64,000 bases of DNA from a virus. Shown here one piece after another: positions 44,914 through 54,547 of the stretch. The stretch is from IMG/VR virus record IMGVR_UViG_3300045988_103857; one strand, written 5' to 3'. Under the pieces are notes generated by a model that was given only the letters and a program-made list of their open reading frames with translations, searched no databases and had not been told where the DNA came from. Numbering within the stretch: position 1 is the first letter of the stretch; each line of letters begins with the position of its first letter. A program made the position numbers and the translations under genes.

Positions 44914-46296
44914 ATGAAATTCATAGATTTTTTTGCCGGAATCGGAGGTTTTCGCAAAGGAATGGAATTGGCAGGGCATGAGTGCGTAGGGTTTTGCGAG
45001 TTTGATAAATTTGCGACTGCGAGTTATATCTCAATGCACTTGCTGACAGACGAGCAGCGAAAGACATTGGGAGATATTCCTATCAAGAAAAGACAGAAAG
45101 AAATATTAAAGGAGGAATACAGAAATGGAGAATGGTATGCAAATGACATTAGAAGAGTGTATGCCAGAGACATTCCAAAAGCCGACTGCTGGTGTTTCAG
45201 ATTCCCTTGCCAGGACATATCCGTTGCAGGAAAGCAAGCCGGATTTCAAGGAAACCGTTCAAGCCTGTTTTTCAGAGTTATGTACCTTGTCGGACAGCTC
45301 AAAGAAGAAGATAAACCCACTTACCTTTTCATTGAGAACGTTAAAAATCTGCTTAGTGTTAATGGAGGATGGGATTTCGCCAGATTGCTCATTGAAATGG
45401 AGCAGGGAGGGTATGATGCAGAATGGCAGGTGCTCAACTCCAAAGATTTCGGAGTGCCACAAAACCGGGAAAGATGTTTTATTATCGGACATCTTAGAGG
45501 AAGAAGTACCTCAAAAATATTTCCTATCGAAGGAACAGACGGAAAAAATAGTGTTCAAATAATTGCACACAAAGACGGATATAGAAGAAATACACAAGTG
45601 TTTGCACCTGATGGAATTACCGAGACTCTTGATACTGGACAAGGTGGTGGAAGAGGGCATCATGTAGCATTGCCGTGTTTTGTTGATTTGAGTTATCAAA
45701 AAGCAGAGTTGACCAATAAAGCAAGGTGTTTACAAGCCAGATGCAACAAAGGAATCGTAAATCATAAAGCTGAAGTAAGTGGAGTTGCAATTCCAGTATT
45801 GACACCAGACAGGGCAGAGAAACATCAGAACGGAAGAAGGTTCAAAGAAGATGGCGAGCCAATGTTCACACTGACAGGACAGGACCGGCACGGAATCGCG
45901 ATTGAAGTCAAGGAAGCAACGAAGCAAGGTTATACAGAATGCAGAGTGGGAATTGACAGCGTGAACTTCTCAATGCCAAACAGCAAGACAAGAAGAGGAA
46001 GAGTCGGACAAGAAATCGCCAACACACTCGACACGAGCTGCAATCAAGGAATATTCGTGCAGGTATCAGAAGAATTAACGGTATATGCAGTCTGGTATGA
46101 AAAATATCAGTGTTACATAGCAATCAGAAAGCTGACACCGAAAGAATGTTTTCGGCTGCAAGGTTGGCCTGATGATTATTTTGAAAAAGCACAGTTCGTA
46201 AATTCTGACAGCCAGTTATACAAGCAGGCAGGAAACGGCGTAACAGTGACAGTTATAGAAGCCATGGCAAGAAAAATGAACGTAAATCTAAATTGA
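44914..46296 (+). CDS. C-5 cytosine DNA methyltransferase
   Basis: Motif I FFAGIGGF, motif IV FPCQDIS, motif VI ENVKNL, motif VIII QNRERCFIIG and motif X QAGNGV. Confidence 0.85.
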   Translation: MKFIDFFAGIGGFRKGMELAGHECVGFCEFDKFATASYISMHLLTDEQRKTLGDIPIKKRQKEILKEEYRNGEWYANDIRRVYARDIPKADCWCFRFPCQDISVAGKQAGFQGNRSSLFFRVMYLVGQLKEEDKPTYLFIENVKNLLSVNGGWDFARLLIEMEQGGYDAEWQVLNSKDFGVPQNRERCFIIGHLRGRSTSKIFPIEGTDGKNSVQIIAHKDGYRRNTQVFAPDGITETLDTGQGGGRGHHVALPCFVDLSYQKAELTNKARCLQARCNKGIVNHKAEVSGVAIPVLTPDRAEKHQNGRRFKEDGEPMFTLTGQDRHGIAIEVKEATKQGYTECRVGIDSVNFSMPNSKTRRGRVGQEIANTLDTSCNQGIFVQVSEELTVYAVWYEKYQCYIAIRKLTPKECFRLQGWPDDYFEKAQFVNSDSQLYKQAGNGVTVTVIEAMARKMNVNLN

Positions 46297-46335
46297 TAGT
46301 GCGTCAGCTACTTACATGGGGAAAGTGAGGATGGA

Positions 46336-46782
46336 ATGAGAAGCTACATAATAAATTTTCCAAGAGGACTGGAAGTAGATATTTTCAACCTGCCAGAGGA
46401 CTTCAAAGAACAGGTTGAGCAGGCATTCAAAGAGTATACATCTGGAACGGCAAAAGCGTATATGTACGTTGACAAGTTAGGATTTATTGACCGTTGCGTA
46501 GAATGTCTGAACGGGGATGAGGATTCAGACGATGTTGTAAATTCATTGGTTGAAGAAACAATGATTGCCGAATGGAGAAACAATGGCGAAATCATCAAGG
46601 AAGATGATATATACAACATTGATTTTATGGAAGATTGCTACAGAAAAGGCAAGGAAGACGCAAGGCTGAACTCTCATTTTGGAACTGACGATCATCACAT
46701 TTACGATCAGATTCAGAAAGTTCTGGTGCAGGTAATTACAATTGTGATGAATTATGAGGATAAGGAGGACGCGAAATGTTAA
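46336..46782 (+). CDS. hypothetical protein
   Basis: GAGGATGG RBS, acidic. Confidence 0.4.
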   Translation: MRSYIINFPRGLEVDIFNLPEDFKEQVEQAFKEYTSGTAKAYMYVDKLGFIDRCVECLNGDEDSDDVVNSLVEETMIAEWRNNGEIIKEDDIYNIDFMEDCYRKGKEDARLNSHFGTDDHHIYDQIQKVLVQVITIVMNYEDKEDAKC

Positions 46783-47123
46783 TCAGAAGTCAGGATAAAG
46801 AGATATTAGTTAATTTTAATGTATCAGCTGGTATCGAAATTGCAGAAGGGACTACAAAAACAGTTGTAACATCATATATCACTGGATGCAGTTATTTACT
46901 CGGAGAATATTCCACCAGAGAAAAAGCTATGAAAGTACTGGACATGATTCAGGATGCATATGCAGATGCAAAATTAAATGAAATTCTTCTTCCTGATGTC
47001 TGCAAATCGGCTAGTGAATCTCAGAGGGGAAAAGATAATACATCAATTGCAAAAACTATTAGAAAAGATTTTATGAAAAAAATGATATTCCAGATGCCAG
47101 AGGATAGTGAGGTGGAAGTATGA
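46776..47123 (+). CDS. hypothetical protein
   Basis: Coupled ORF. Confidence 0.4.
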   Translation: MLIRSQDKEILVNFNVSAGIEIAEGTTKTVVTSYITGCSYLLGEYSTREKAMKVLDMIQDAYADAKLNEILLPDVCKSASESQRGKDNTSIAKTIRKDFMKKMIFQMPEDSEVEV

Positions 47124-47269
47124 GCGACGAAATGACATTTGCGCAGAACGAAGATGGTACGTTTAGTGCATACGATGATACCTATGACATTGTAATACAC
47201 TGCGAGACAGAAGAGGAACAGAAGAAAGTTATCGAGCATTTAAGAGGGATAAAGCTTCAGGAGGACTAA
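47120..47269 (+). CDS. 49-aa hypothetical protein
   Basis: ATGA-coupled ORF below the track cutoff. Confidence 0.3.
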   Translation: MSDEMTFAQNEDGTFSAYDDTYDIVIHCETEEEQKKVIEHLRGIKLQED

Positions 47270-47413
47270 ATGGGAAGATGTAAATTAGAGTGCCCGGACA
47301 GTGAAACAGAGCGCTGTATCTGCTGTACTAAACAGGATTCCTGCCAGTGCAGATGTGATGATATGGACAGTTATGAATATGCGGAGGAGTGTGAAGATTA
47401 TGAGACTGATTGA
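47270..47413 (+). CDS. 47-aa Cys-rich acidic peptide
   Basis: Sequence MGRCKLECPDSETERCICCTKQDSCQCRCDD... It starts one nucleotide after the previous stop. Confidence 0.3.
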   Translation: MGRCKLECPDSETERCICCTKQDSCQCRCDDMDSYEYAEECEDYETD

Positions 47414-47636
47414 TGCGGATGCAATGAATGAAGAGTTATTTTACAAGCAAGTTGTAGGAAAAGACAGTTTAATTACGGCAGAAAGTGCGTTTAAAATGAT
47501 TGACGCGCAGCCGACTGCCTATGATGTGGAAGCAGTTGTGGAGCAGTTGGACACATACATAACAAAACTGGTTGGAAGAAATGCTGCACTATATCAGACG
47601 GTTATGCAAATCGTGAAAGATGGTGGAGTTGAATGA
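47400..47636 (+). CDS. hypothetical protein (MRLIDADA... N-terminus)
   Basis: The internal ATG of ORF 47301..47636 overlaps the previous gene's end. Confidence 0.4.
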   Translation: MRLIDADAMNEELFYKQVVGKDSLITAESAFKMIDAQPTAYDVEAVVEQLDTYITKLVGRNAALYQTVMQIVKDGGVE

Positions 47637-48037
47637 GAGAAATTCTTTTCAAGGCAAAGCGGATTGATAATGGCGAATGGGTTGAAGGATATGTAGTTCG
47701 TAAACATGGATTATACTTTATTTATAGTATTGTAAATTCAGAATCATGCAGACAAAACAATTATGAAATCATTCCAGAAACTCTTTGCCAGTTCACAGGA
47801 CTTTGCGACAGATATGGGAATAAAATCTGGGAAAATGATATTTTGATGGCTCATTTGGACGAATCTTACCCAGAGGATGCGACATATGAAACTATTGAAT
47901 GGGGCGTTGCAGGATGGGTAGGACACGAAACTGGTAGCACGGATAAAGAATATCGTGGCGAGTTTGATCTTGAACATTACGAAGTGGTTGGGAACATTCT
48001 CGACAATAAAGAACTATTGCAGGAGGAACACAAATGA
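47633..48037 (+). CDS. YopX-family protein
   Basis: Contains REILFKAKRIDNGEWVEGY...LCQFTGLCDRYGNKIWENDIL...VGNILDN. Confidence 0.7.
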   Translation: MREILFKAKRIDNGEWVEGYVVRKHGLYFIYSIVNSESCRQNNYEIIPETLCQFTGLCDRYGNKIWENDILMAHLDESYPEDATYETIEWGVAGWVGHETGSTDKEYRGEFDLEHYEVVGNILDNKELLQEEHK

Positions 48038-48276
48038 GTAGTGCAAGCGTAAGATTCGGAACAAAAGCGTATGTATGCGCAAGATATTTTCTTAGACCTG
48101 GAAAGTGCTTCAAATACATCGACCAGTGCGGCGAGGATGTCACAGAACACGTCTATGAGGTCATGGCATTATATCCGTACTGTGTCCTGCTAAGAGATAC
48201 CAGAAACGGGGTCAGGACTTGCCCGGGATACAACACGTTGAGTCTAATGCTGAGAGGAAGTGAAGTGAATGAGTAA
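48034..48276 (+). CDS. hypothetical protein
   Basis: ATGA-coupled ORF. Confidence 0.4.
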   Translation: MSSASVRFGTKAYVCARYFLRPGKCFKYIDQCGEDVTEHVYEVMALYPYCVLLRDTRNGVRTCPGYNTLSLMLRGSEVNE

Positions 48277-48577
48277 ATCAGTATTAGTAATAGATACACC
48301 AGAGAATTGCTATGATTGCCCGTTCGGAACTTCATACTGCGGCGAACTTGAATATGAGGGATACTGTGAATTAGCCGATTGTTTAGATTATGATGTAATT
48401 CTGATGACAGAAGAACATTATGATTACGAAAGCAAATCAAGACCTGATTGGTGTCCGCTTATGGACTTGCCAGAGAAAGACAATGGAAATTATCCGGCTA
48501 ATACATTTGATGCAGGATTTGTGGAGGGTTGGAATCAGTGCATTGATGAGATTGCAGGAGGTGAAGTAGATGATTGA
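48269..48577 (+). CDS. hypothetical protein
   Basis: Coupled ORF. Confidence 0.4.
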   Translation: MSKSVLVIDTPENCYDCPFGTSYCGELEYEGYCELADCLDYDVILMTEEHYDYESKSRPDWCPLMDLPEKDNGNYPANTFDAGFVEGWNQCIDEIAGGEVDD

Positions 48578-48950
48578 TTTAGCGAATAAATGCGTATTAA
48601 TCAGAACGTATGAAGAGTATGAAAATATTCTGAAAGCAGCAAAGAAACAAGGATATAGATGGTACGGCGGAAAAGAAGCGTATCCATATCCCTTTGAAGA
48701 GCAGCAGATCCCGGATATATTAAAGTTCTATGGCAATAAAGAACTAACAAGAAATGCCGACCTTGCACCGGGATATGAATTAGTAGAAGCATCAGACGTA
48801 ATTGAAGATGAGAAGAAGATCAAAGATGCTATAAACCTTGTCAGAGCATTTGCTAAAAACCCAGACAGAACAGCATTGACAGACTCATTTATTGAGTCCT
48901 TGAAGTTACTTGCAGATAATGTAGAAAGTCAGATGGAAGAGGTGAAGTAG
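48570..48950 (+). CDS. hypothetical protein
   Basis: Coupled ORF. Confidence 0.4.
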   Translation: MIDLANKCVLIRTYEEYENILKAAKKQGYRWYGGKEAYPYPFEEQQIPDILKFYGNKELTRNADLAPGYELVEASDVIEDEKKIKDAINLVRAFAKNPDRTALTDSFIESLKLLADNVESQMEEVK

Positions 48951-49397
48951 ATGGAGAGATTAACAGATTATTCAGATAATAGATACGCATATATCATTGA
49001 CGTTGGGTATAAAACTTGTGAAGAATTTTGTAAATGCGTAGTAGATGGATGCAAGAATTGCTATATCCAACAAGCATTTAAAAAACTTGCCACTTATGAA
49101 GACTTAGAAGAACAGGGCTTACTTGTGAGATTGCCGTGTAAGGTTGGAGATGATGTGTATATTATTCCAAGTCCACCTATATACGGATTAAATATTTTTT
49201 ACGGGTGTGAAAATGTTAATAGGGTATATCATCAGCATATCGAATCAATTACATTTGCCGGTAGCCACTGGTATGCGACAGGCCGTAATGAATATAAGGA
49301 AAAAGTGCTTAATGATACTGCTTTTGGAACGACATGGTTCCTCACCCGCGAAGAAGCTGAGAAGAAGTTGGAGGAGGTGAAGAATGACAAGGCCTGA
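48951..49397 (+). CDS. hypothetical protein
   Basis: Abuts the previous stop codon. Confidence 0.4.
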   Translation: MERLTDYSDNRYAYIIDVGYKTCEEFCKCVVDGCKNCYIQQAFKKLATYEDLEEQGLLVRLPCKVGDDVYIIPSPPIYGLNIFYGCENVNRVYHQHIESITFAGSHWYATGRNEYKEKVLNDTAFGTTWFLTREEAEKKLEEVKNDKA

Positions 49398-49872
49398 GAT
49401 TACGGCAGAATTATCAACCATGATTGAAAAGAAAATCAATCCGAACAACGATCCTCGTATCTACTGGGCAAAAGAGGTGACGTTTGATTATTCTACAAAC
49501 CATGCAGTTAGAGTGGACTATATGAAATTTGTTCCAGTGAACAATAGTGTTTCCGGGATAGAAAAAGGTGATTGCTATTGCTATGAAATCAAGTCATCTA
49601 TTGAAGATTTCAAATCTGGCCATGGATTGAATTTCATTGGAGATTACAATTATTTGGTTATGCCAGGGGAATTAGCTGCAACAGTATCTTTGAAAATCCC
49701 GTATCATGTAGGAATATATGTCCCAGAAGGAAACGAACTTATATGTGCCAAGAAAGCCAAACGAGCCAACAGAGCGAGGCCTGTATCTGAAATACTTCTG
49801 ATGATGTTTCGGTCTGCAAACAGAGATTACAGGAAAACGGTAAAGAAACTGGAGGAGATGAAGAATGGCTGA
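49384..49872 (+). CDS. putative PD-(D/E)xK nuclease (MmcB-like)
   Basis: The D...E.K arrangement (VDYMKF ... CYCYEIKSS) was judged by eye. Confidence 0.35.
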   Translation: MTRPEITAELSTMIEKKINPNNDPRIYWAKEVTFDYSTNHAVRVDYMKFVPVNNSVSGIEKGDCYCYEIKSSIEDFKSGHGLNFIGDYNYLVMPGELAATVSLKIPYHVGIYVPEGNELICAKKAKRANRARPVSEILLMMFRSANRDYRKTVKKLEEMKNG

Positions 49873-50029
49873 ATATGTCAAAAAATCAGATGTAATAAAA
49901 ATCATGGAGGATAATTCTTACATTATGGAAGTGTTTGGTGTTAAAAAGAAAATGATTGATGGGTTTGCGATGTGTTGCGATTTTGCAGACTTAAAAATTG
50001 TTGAGATTGATGATGAAGAGGAGAACTAA
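49865..50029 (+). CDS. 54-aa hypothetical protein
   Basis: Coupled ORF below the track cutoff. Confidence 0.3.
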   Translation: MAEYVKKSDVIKIMEDNSYIMEVFGVKKKMIDGFAMCCDFADLKIVEIDDEEEN

Positions 50030-50063
50030 CATGCAGCAGAGAAGAAATTGGATGTGATGAAAA

Positions 50064-50237
50064 ATGAATAAATGTTGCGCTAGCCAAGATGGAATATGTA
50101 GAAACTATATCTTATTCGGTACTAAATGCGATGGATATAAAGAAAAATGCACACTGAGGCCATGTTATAAAAACCTCGAAAAGATGGCAAAAGGTTATCA
50201 ACATAATTTGAGAAAAATGTTTGGAGTGGAGGATTAA
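50064..50237 (+). CDS. 57-aa Cys-rich protein
   Basis: Sequence MNKCCASQDGICRNYILFGTKCDGYKEKCTLRPCYKN... Confidence 0.3.
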   Translation: MNKCCASQDGICRNYILFGTKCDGYKEKCTLRPCYKNLEKMAKGYQHNLRKMFGVED

Positions 50238-50238
50238 T

Positions 50239-50595
50239 ATGAAACCAGAAGAAGCATTAAAAGAATTAAGCTATGATAGCACGGCTTATGGTGGTAAATG
50301 TACGCATGAAGTTAGAATGGTTGCAGTTAAGGCATTAAAAAAGCAGATTCCAATGAAAGTTTTGTACGAAGATGTTGGATATGACTTTCATCGTGATGTA
50401 AACCTGTACGCCTGCATATGCCCGTCATGCGGACTGCATATTATTGAGTTTTCGGATATTGATGTAGATTCTGGGTGTAACAGCGATAGTCCAGAAGATA
50501 TGTTTCGTTCTAGCATGGTGCATCATGCGTATGTTGGCATGAATAATTATTGTAACAGGTGTGGACAGAAATTAGATTGGAGTGAGGAAAAATGA
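50239..50595 (+). CDS. zinc-ribbon hypothetical protein
   Basis: GGAGTGGAGG RBS before the internal ATG. Contains CPSCG and CNRCG. Confidence 0.4.
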   Translation: MKPEEALKELSYDSTAYGGKCTHEVRMVAVKALKKQIPMKVLYEDVGYDFHRDVNLYACICPSCGLHIIEFSDIDVDSGCNSDSPEDMFRSSMVHHAYVGMNNYCNRCGQKLDWSEEK

Positions 50596-50627
50596 TAGAA
50601 ATAATATAAAAACTGATAATATGCCAC

Positions 50628-50876
50628 TTGATCGGAGATTATGTTCTTCAAAACGATTTTATCGCAAAAACTAAAGGAGAAAACTGGTATCACTTACTGG
50701 TTCATTGCCTTCTTTATTCAGTTCCTTTTTACATAGTGTTCGGGTGCTCATGGAAACTTGCTTTTGTAATGGCTATGCATATAGTAATTGACCCTTTAAA
50801 GGCACGATACAACAAGATAAGTTACATGGCAGACCAAATTATACATTATGTGACACTTTTAGTTTATTTATTCTAA
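50628..50876 (+). CDS. DUF3307-like membrane protein
   Basis: The HLIGDYVLQ motif sits at the N-terminus. The only starts available are TTG at 50628, or non-canonical codons upstream (frame open from 50610). Confidence 0.45.
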   Translation: MIGDYVLQNDFIAKTKGENWYHLLVHCLLYSVPFYIVFGCSWKLAFVMAMHIVIDPLKARYNKISYMADQIIHYVTLLVYLF

Positions 50877-50890
50877 AAAAGGCAGGAATT

Positions 50891-51046
50891 ATGGCAGATA
50901 AAACATGCAAAACTTGTATTGAAAACGACAACGGGCTGTGTGACCGCAAAGGCATCCTGATAGAGGAAGATGATAGCTGTGAAAATCACACAAAAAACTG
51001 GATGGACTCTTTAATGGAGAAATTCATCCGAAAATCAATGCGGTAA
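50891..51046 (+). CDS. 51-aa Cys-containing peptide
   Basis: AGGCAGG-type RBS; the ORF is below the track cutoff. Confidence 0.3.
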   Translation: MADKTCKTCIENDNGLCDRKGILIEEDDSCENHTKNWMDSLMEKFIRKSMR

Positions 51047-51083
51047 GGACGGAAATGTCCTTGTCAGACGGGAAGGTGGCTAA

Positions 51084-51905
51084 ATGACAAAGGTGAGTTG
51101 GATTCGATTAGAAATAGATATGTTCGATAACAAAAAAATCCGGCATATCAGAAAACTTCCAGATGGGAACAACATCGTTCTAATCTGGATGATGCTCCTG
51201 ACGATGGCAGGGCGTTGTAATTCAAACGGGATTATTTTTTTGACAGAGAATATTCCATATACAAATAAAATGCTGGCTGACGAGCTGGACTTTGATGAGA
51301 GTGTGATCGAACTTGCACTTACAATTCTTGAAAAATTCGGCATGATAACCAGAGATGGAACATTGCTTTCAATTCCCGGATGGGAAGAGCATCAGAATAT
51401 TGACGGGCTTGAAAGAATCAGAGAGCAGACAAGAAAACGGGTTGCCGAGCACAGAAAACGCCAGAAAGAATTATCAGAGGAAGAACGTACGCCAAAGATT
51501 CCAGAGCAGATTTCTTGCGAAAAAGATTTAGTCAAGCCCGGAGATGTTCAGAAAGTTGTTGATGAATGGAACAAGCTTCAGCAGTTCGGGATTCAGCCAA
51601 TCGCAAGAATGACAGCAAGGCGAACGCAAATGCTGAAAGCAAGAATCCGAGAATATGGCATGGATAAGGTAATGGAAGCTCTGAGGAACGTAAAAAACAG
51701 TGACTTCCTTATGGGGAAGAAAACTGATTTTATGATAAATTTTGAATGGTTTGTGAAACCAAACAACTTCTTAAAGATACTCGAAAACAAATACCACAAC
51801 AGGGAGGATATGCGAAATGGAGCTGACGCAACTCAAAGAAATGTCGAACCAATCATCCCACTTGGAGAATGGAATGGAGAAGAATCAGACACCCCGTTCG
51901 CTTGA
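51084..51905 (+). CDS. phage replisome organizer (Phage_rep_org_N / DnaD-like)
   Basis: The N-terminus WIRLEIDMFDNKKIRHIRKLPDGNNIVLIWMMLLTMAG is typical of replisome organizer proteins. Confidence 0.7.
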   Translation: MTKVSWIRLEIDMFDNKKIRHIRKLPDGNNIVLIWMMLLTMAGRCNSNGIIFLTENIPYTNKMLADELDFDESVIELALTILEKFGMITRDGTLLSIPGWEEHQNIDGLERIREQTRKRVAEHRKRQKELSEEERTPKIPEQISCEKDLVKPGDVQKVVDEWNKLQQFGIQPIARMTARRTQMLKARIREYGMDKVMEALRNVKNSDFLMGKKTDFMINFEWFVKPNNFLKILENKYHNREDMRNGADATQRNVEPIIPLGEWNGEESDTPFA

Positions 51906-52662
51906 ATGCCCTGAATGCGGGGACAGCGGGTGGAGATGGGTAAGAGATGCAAGTGGTATTCCCTATTGCGAGGAATGCCCTTGCGGAATCAGAAAAAGAA
52001 TAATCATTGAAAATCAATTGAAATTTGCAGAGCTTCCAAACGTGTTTAAAGGCTCAAATTTCAACGATTTGAAGTCGAGTGTATATTTGAACGCTGAGAG
52101 CCGAAAAGTATTTTCTCAGGCGGCGCAGGCGGTAAATTACTGGTTTAAAAATCTTCCTGATATGCAGAAGAAAGGAATAGGGCTATACCTTTTCTCAAAT
52201 GCAAAAGGTTCTGGCAAAACTAAAACAGTATGCAGCTTGGCGAATGAAATTATGAAGAAATACCAGAAGCCAGTCAAGTTCACCACATCCCTAAGAATCC
52301 TCGATGAGATCAAGAACACATGGGGAGACAAAGGGAATACGGAGGGAAAGTTGATAGAGGATTTGTCCAGAACAGAAATCCTTATCATTGACGACTTCGG
52401 CGCTGATTCTGGTAAGGAGTGGATTAACGAAAGATTCTATAGCATTATCAACGGGCGGTATGTCGACAGGAAAATCACTATATTCACGAGCAACTGCCAG
52501 ATATCAGAACTGAAATATGACGAGAGAATCACCAACAGGATTCTGGAGCGGTCACTTGAAATCCCATTTCCAGAGGAATCTGTCAGAGAACATATAGCAC
52601 AACATTTGAAAATGAAGATGGTACAAGGAATGCGAGGTAAAGAGAGTGAAAATAGCTGTTAA
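51874..52662 (+). CDS. DnaC/IstB-like helicase loader ATPase with N-terminal zinc finger
   Basis: Contains CPECGDSGW...CEECPCG, Walker A SNAKGSGKT and Walker B ILIIDDFG. An alternative start lies at 51817. Confidence 0.7.
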   Translation: MEKNQTPRSLECPECGDSGWRWVRDASGIPYCEECPCGIRKRIIIENQLKFAELPNVFKGSNFNDLKSSVYLNAESRKVFSQAAQAVNYWFKNLPDMQKKGIGLYLFSNAKGSGKTKTVCSLANEIMKKYQKPVKFTTSLRILDEIKNTWGDKGNTEGKLIEDLSRTEILIIDDFGADSGKEWINERFYSIINGRYVDRKITIFTSNCQISELKYDERITNRILERSLEIPFPEESVREHIAQHLKMKMVQGMRGKESENSC

Positions 52663-52888
52663 GCCATGGGGCGAAATGTCTGTCAGAGAAATTCAGAATT
52701 TAAAAGAAAAGCAATGTAAGCATTGTGATTATTTTTCAAAGAATAATTCTGGAGGGTTATCATATGGAACTTGCGATTACATCCTTATTAACGATCGCAT
52801 GAGAGGATGCCTACCGACGGAATGCGTAATGAAAGGGATTTTTAAAAGAAGAACAGGAACAAAAAGAAGAGCAGCTTTGAGAATTTAA
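52646..52888 (+). CDS. hypothetical Cys-containing protein
   Basis: GTG start, overlapping the loader gene's 3' end. Confidence 0.35.
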   Translation: MKIAVKPWGEMSVREIQNLKEKQCKHCDYFSKNNSGGLSYGTCDYILINDRMRGCLPTECVMKGIFKRRTGTKRRAALRI

Positions 52889-52907
52889 ACCTTTGAAAGG
52901 AAAAGAA

Positions 52908-53120
52908 ATGAGAACAATAAGCGAAATGTATAAACGTTCTGGCGGAACTGCGTATCAGCACAATTGTTCTGAGTGCAGATTTTATAGGGACGGAAAGAGA
53001 GGAAAATGTCTGATGTACGGCGGTAATCGGGACTGGCATGGAAATTTTATTGCCTGTAAATTCTTCAATCTCGAAGACGATATGCCGGAAGGACAGATGA
53101 ATATTTTTGATTATGTGTGA
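52908..53120 (+). CDS. hypothetical Cys-containing protein
   Basis: AAAGGAAAAG RBS before the ATG at 52908. Confidence 0.4.
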   Translation: MRTISEMYKRSGGTAYQHNCSECRFYRDGKRGKCLMYGGNRDWHGNFIACKFFNLEDDMPEGQMNIFDYV

Positions 53121-53183
53121 AAGAAAGGAGGAACGAGGAGCCGCTGGCCAGCGAAAGGATATCCCGGTTCCTCCTTATTTTTT

Positions 53184-54398
53184 ATGAATAATGACGACTT
53201 GAAATATGCAATTGAGAATGGTATCATCAATTTGTCTCACATACAAGAGCAAGTTGAAATGAATAAAAGGGAAGATATATTAAAAGAATACAGGGACAGT
53301 ATATGGAAGGCATCTGACGGATATTGGAAAATTCGTATGACTTATGACGAAACCGGACAGAGGAAAATGTTTAAGCGTCGGTCTAAACAGGATTTAGAGG
53401 ACTTGATTGTAAAGACACACCGTGAGAAAGCAGAGAATCCAAAGATTAAGAGCGTATTCGAAGAATGGGCACAGCGCAAGGTTGAATTGAACAAGATTTC
53501 AATTCAAACATACCAGAGGTATCAGCAGGACTTCAATCGGTTTTTTGGAACCATGGGCGAACGCAGAATCAAAGACCTTGAGTCAGAGGATATCAGCAAC
53601 TTCCTGGAAGAACAGATCAGCGAACACAATCTAACCGCAAAAGCTTTCTGCAATCTTAAGACAATTACCAGAGGTACCCTGAAGTGGGCGAAGCGCAACA
53701 AGCTGATTGATTGGAACGTGCAGGAATTATTCTATGACTTGGATGTCACCGATAAATCTTTCAAAAGAAATATCAAAGAAGATTCAGAAGAAGTATTTAA
53801 TGATGCTGAAATGGACAGGATGATTGATTACTTAAAAGATAATCAGGATATAATAAATCTTGGCATTATGCTTATGTTCGTAACTGGTCTGAGAGTTGGG
53901 GAGCTATGCGCTTTGAAATGGAATGATTGGCTACCACATATCAGTACGATTAAAGTCAGAAGAACGGAAGTAAGGCACTTTGAAAACCATAAAGGCATTT
54001 TTGAAGTCAAAGACTTTCCGAAAACAGAAGCAGGCGTGAGAAATGTAGTAGTTCCTCAGGGATGCATCTGGATATTGCAGAAACTCAGAAATATGTCGGC
54101 ATTCTGCGAATATATATTTTCTAAAGATGGAAAGCGATTAAATACTTATTCGTTCAGGAACCGGTTAAGAACAGTGTGCAAGAAAACTGGTTGTATTCAA
54201 AAATCACCGCATAAAATACGAAAAACATATTGCACGATATTACTCGACCACAGCATAGATAATCAGATGGTCACATCACAGATGGGCCACACAAATATTT
54301 CGTGTTCCGAGAACTACTACCACAGAGATCGAAAGGACCTCAAGAAAAAACAAAAAATCATGGACAGCATAGATGAATTTATGGTAGTATCAAGATAG
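53184..54398 (+). CDS. int: tyrosine site-specific recombinase (phage integrase)
   Basis: SAM-like N-domain, then the catalytic region ...TGLRVGELCAL..., HKIRKTYCT..., GHTNISCSENYYHR. Confidence 0.85.
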   Translation: MNNDDLKYAIENGIINLSHIQEQVEMNKREDILKEYRDSIWKASDGYWKIRMTYDETGQRKMFKRRSKQDLEDLIVKTHREKAENPKIKSVFEEWAQRKVELNKISIQTYQRYQQDFNRFFGTMGERRIKDLESEDISNFLEEQISEHNLTAKAFCNLKTITRGTLKWAKRNKLIDWNVQELFYDLDVTDKSFKRNIKEDSEEVFNDAEMDRMIDYLKDNQDIINLGIMLMFVTGLRVGELCALKWNDWLPHISTIKVRRTEVRHFENHKGIFEVKDFPKTEAGVRNVVVPQGCIWILQKLRNMSAFCEYIFSKDGKRLNTYSFRNRLRTVCKKTGCIQKSPHKIRKTYCTILLDHSIDNQMVTSQMGHTNISCSENYYHRDRKDLKKKQKIMDSIDEFMVVSR

Positions 54399-54494
54399 CT
54401 TTTTTTGAGAGGGAACAGCCAGGGAACAAAAAGGAACACCCTGCAAAAAGTTAGAAGCATTGGTTTTATAGGAAAAATAGCAGTTTAAAGATAC

Positions 54495-54517
54495 GTTCGA
54501 TTCCCGTACTGGCTGCT
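54495..54517 (+). other. tRNA 3'-end fragment (T-loop GTTCGATTC, T-stem 3' half, acceptor 3' half); candidate att core
   Basis: GTTCGATTCCCGTACTGGCTGCT. The upstream sequence cannot form the T-stem or the rest of a cloverleaf. Confidence 0.55.
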
Positions 54518-54521
54518 AACG

Positions 54522-54547
54522 AAAACCTTGTAAAATCAAGGTTTTTT
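54522..54547 (+). terminator. rho-independent terminator directly after the tRNA fragment
   Basis: AAAACCTTG-TAAAAT-CAAGGTTTT followed by TT. Confidence 0.6.

Noticed and set aside
54440-54520. A complete tRNA gene at the att-like region.
   Set aside because: Only the T-loop, the T-stem 3' half and the acceptor 3' strand are recognisable. The upstream sequence (..TTTAAAGATACG) cannot pair to form the T-stem, the anticodon arm or the acceptor 5' strand.
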